A stretch of DNA of 64,000 nucleotides from Camelus ferus (Eukaryota), in the NCBI RefSeq assembly GCF_009834535.1, contig NC_045697.1:117740001-117804000 (forward strand). The letters run 5' to 3'. Shown here piece after piece: positions 61,101 to 64,000 of this stretch (positions are counted from its first letter, which is position 1; each line of letters starts with the position of its first letter). The notes below the pieces were generated by a model. The model did not search any database. It was not told where the DNA came from and worked only from the letters and a program-made list of their open reading frames with translations. Position numbers and translations under genes: made by a program.

Positions 61101-63499
61101 GAGAGTTAAATATTGGATTAGCACTTTATTAAGTCTTATTTCCAAATCGGTTGATGGGTGTGTATGTTGTACCTTCTTGCTCAATGTCATTTGCACACGT
61201 TTTTTTTTTATCTCAGGGGTTCCAGGTCATTGATGGTCTCAGACGCTGGGTCTGTGCAGGGCTGACACTGCCTCTCTGTCTGTTACTTCCAGCTGACCCC
61301 CTGCGATGCTCCTCGGGCACTCATTTATCGCAACTGTTTCGACTCCTTTCTTTTTGAAAGAGGTCACGCACAGTCATCGAATTTACCATTTCTTTGCCCG
61401 TCATGCTTTCTGTTTGCTGTTTGGTTTGGCGCTCCTGTCTGCGTAATCATATATTGTTATCGTGACAGCCCTCTTGAGACCCACCGTGGAGATAAACACT
61501 CGGTCCTTCAGTTATTATAAACTTTATTCTGACAACAAGCAGTACAAGAAAATGTGGCATCTTGGGTACACAGTGTTTTTCACAAAGTCCTTTATGGCTA
61601 AATTTGTGTTTTTAGGAGCTGTGTACTCAGAAGTCTTTAAACACCACCATAAAAGGCTGTTTTGCATGGTCTCAAAGAATGGCAGAAACTGAGCTGAAGG
61701 GCGTAAAGGGCAGGCTGTCTGGAGACCAGTGTGGAGCGTGGAACTGTCCGTGTGTCCACCCGTCCCCTCCGTCGGCCTCTTCCCAGCAGCGAGTCCCTGC
61801 ACTTTGCTGTCCTGAGCCTGTTTCATCTTCGTCCGCAGCCCAGGTCTGCTCTTTCCCTGTACACTGACCAATAATTAGTAACCCCACCTTGCAGATCCAA
61901 CTTCATACATGCATTTCCAGTCTTTAAAGATAAAAATCAGACAGGCAGATAGATGGAAAAGGTGCTGTTAAATTATCTACATTGTGGGAAAAATGTAACC
62001 AAAATGGACAATGTAACTGAGAAGTGCACTTTCAGGTCGTAATGACGGTTCACAGTGCATTAGTACCACGGAAGTAGTATTCTTGAAAATGGAAGTGCAC
62101 TGAAATTGTGGCTTCTGAAATAGTTTTCTTAAACTCAACCAAGTATATTTTTGGCACATAAAAAGTGAATTGTCTCCTCACATAGGCTACTTTCGAAATG
62201 AATTGAGTAAATGTGGTGTTCTAGAAATACTCACCACCTTGCCCATTCATCTAGTTTATCATCCAGCAAATTCAGCTACTTAATGAACTCTAGAATTTTA
62301 CTCCCTCCAAGGTCTGTGGTTCTGTTCTGTAAATCACTAAGTCTTGAAATGCATCCACTTTCTAAGTGTTTACAGTGCAAGTTCTACAAGTTTGAAAAGG
62401 TGTTAAGCCTCAGCTTTAATGCTGTTTTCTGCTCAAAACCTGTTATGATTTTTCCAGGTGGAAGTAATCCCTTTCTCCCGAGTTTTCATGGTCCTTTTTT
62501 CTGTACCTCTTAGGACAGTTACTGTGGTCAATCTTTAATCTTGAATGGTTTGCAAATCTTAGCTTTTAAAAAGGAGGATTAATATCTATTTTTAATTTCC
62601 TGTAGTTCTCAGCATAATGCCTTAAGTCTATTTTATAGTCAATAAATATTGAATGAATGAATGAAATAATGAGTTGGCTATGATAACTGAGGTACCTTTT
62701 ACTGGTCCAGTAAAAGGCTATTGACATGAAATTATTCCTTGCAGTACAAAAGTCTGTCTTTGGAACCTTTCTTCCTTATCTGTAATCCGAGGTGACATCA
62801 TCTCGTCTCTTGCCTTCGATGCTGTATGTGTCTAGATGACTTTCTTATGTCCGTCTGTAGTTCCGATGTCTCTCTGATCCAAACTTGTATTATTTACCTG
62901 TCTGCAGGTATCACGTAGGCGTCTTAACTTGACTGAAACGAGCCCTTCATTTTCCCCCCACAAATGTGCTCCTCCCCAAGTCTTCCTTCTGGTGGAAATC
63001 CCACTGCCCCCGCCATGGACAGAGTTGCTGATGAAGAAGGACGAAGGGTTCTGATTCATCCTCTCCCCTCTGTGCCCACGTCTCTCTCTTCACGTCCACC
63101 CCTCCCTGCAGCCACGCCCTCATTTTCTGCTTCCTCTCAGGCCTCCCTGTTCATGTGCACCGGAGTCCCCTTCTGGAAATGCACAAGCCTGCGCTTCCCC
63201 CACCCCAGGGTCCCCCAGGCATTTACTCTGGCTTCCAGAGCCCCCGTGGTCTGACTTGTCACTAGTCTCCCGCTCTCCTCCTGACATTCCGTCCAGGGGA
63301 CCTTCCATAAGCACACCAAGCTTGCCCTGATCTAGCAAGGCCTTCTGTCAGGAAATCTTTTGCCCTGGGTCCTTCTTTCTGCTTAGATGCCAGCACAGGT
63401 GCCTCCTGGTCCTGCAGGGGCACCCGTCCACGCTGCCTGCCCACCTTACTGCACACCTGCAGCCCCACCCCCCAATCTCACTGCCTGCATGCTGTCTCT

Positions 63500-63859
63500 T
63501 CCCCAGTGAGCCTCCCTTTACTGCCCAGAATGGATGCTTTCTCCTCCATCAGCTCTCAACCAATGACTGGCAGAATTTGGTGTATCAGTACCCCAGCTCC
63601 CCATCACACAGGATTGGGAAAGTCAGAAACGTGTGTGTTCACAGGGTCCCAGCATTTACCCAGATAATTAGCATCAGGGATGAAGTGGTGTTGCTCACAG
63701 TGGTCGCTGTCCTGATGCGCTGTCCTTACTTCTCTTGGCTACTTGATTCCCTGGTCTCAGTCCCCCTCACTACTGATGTTTCTTCCTCCTCCCAGATAAA
63801 CATTTTGCACCTAAATCCTTGCCCCCCGGTCTGCTTCTTGGGATAGCAGAACTAAGACA
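63500..63859 (+). mobile_element. ERVL LTR16-like solo LTR remnant
   Basis: CTCAACCAATGACTG...CCTCCCAGATAAACATTTTGCACCTAAATCCTTG...GTCTGCTTC...AACTAAGACA. Confidence 0.68.
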
Positions 63860-64000
63860 CCTGTGACCCCCAGGGGATCCACCTGTCTGTGTCACATGGC
63901 AGCATTTTAATTCCCTGCGAAGCGCATGTCATCGCCTGATATTTTTCTCATTACTTCAGATAAAATCTATTAAAAATTGTTTTTCTTCCCGATGGGATTT

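Larger units (their letters stand above)
16978..64000 (+). other. PDGFC: PDGFC intron 1 (continues beyond the window)
   Basis: Begins GTGAGT; no CUB-domain exon 2 peptide (VQDPQHERII...) seen in the ORF track or by eye. Confidence 0.85.

Overview
Mammalian genomic DNA, most likely a camelid (inferred from the tRNA-derived Vic-1-like SINEs and L1 3' ends). The window holds about 16 kb of upstream sequence, the CpG-island promoter and first exon of PDGFC (+ strand; coding part 16860-16977, signal peptide MLLLGLLLLTSALAG..., GTGAGT donor) and about 47 kb of intron 1. I did not see exon 2 (CUB domain). The rest is interspersed repeats: many 5'-truncated L1 3' ends, SINEs, ERV1/MaLR/ERVL solo LTRs, Tigger/hAT fossils, MIR/L2 and simple repeats. 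I found no convincing new biological system, and nearly all ORFs in the track are spurious. The best leads are a strong AT-to-GC substitution bias visible between repeat copies (suggesting GC-biased gene conversion), a 27-codon uORF in the PDGFC leader, an intact sense-oriented solo LTR upstream of the promoter, and loss of poly(A) signals in some sense-oriented intronic L1 ends. Repeat family names and human comparisons come from memory and were not searched.
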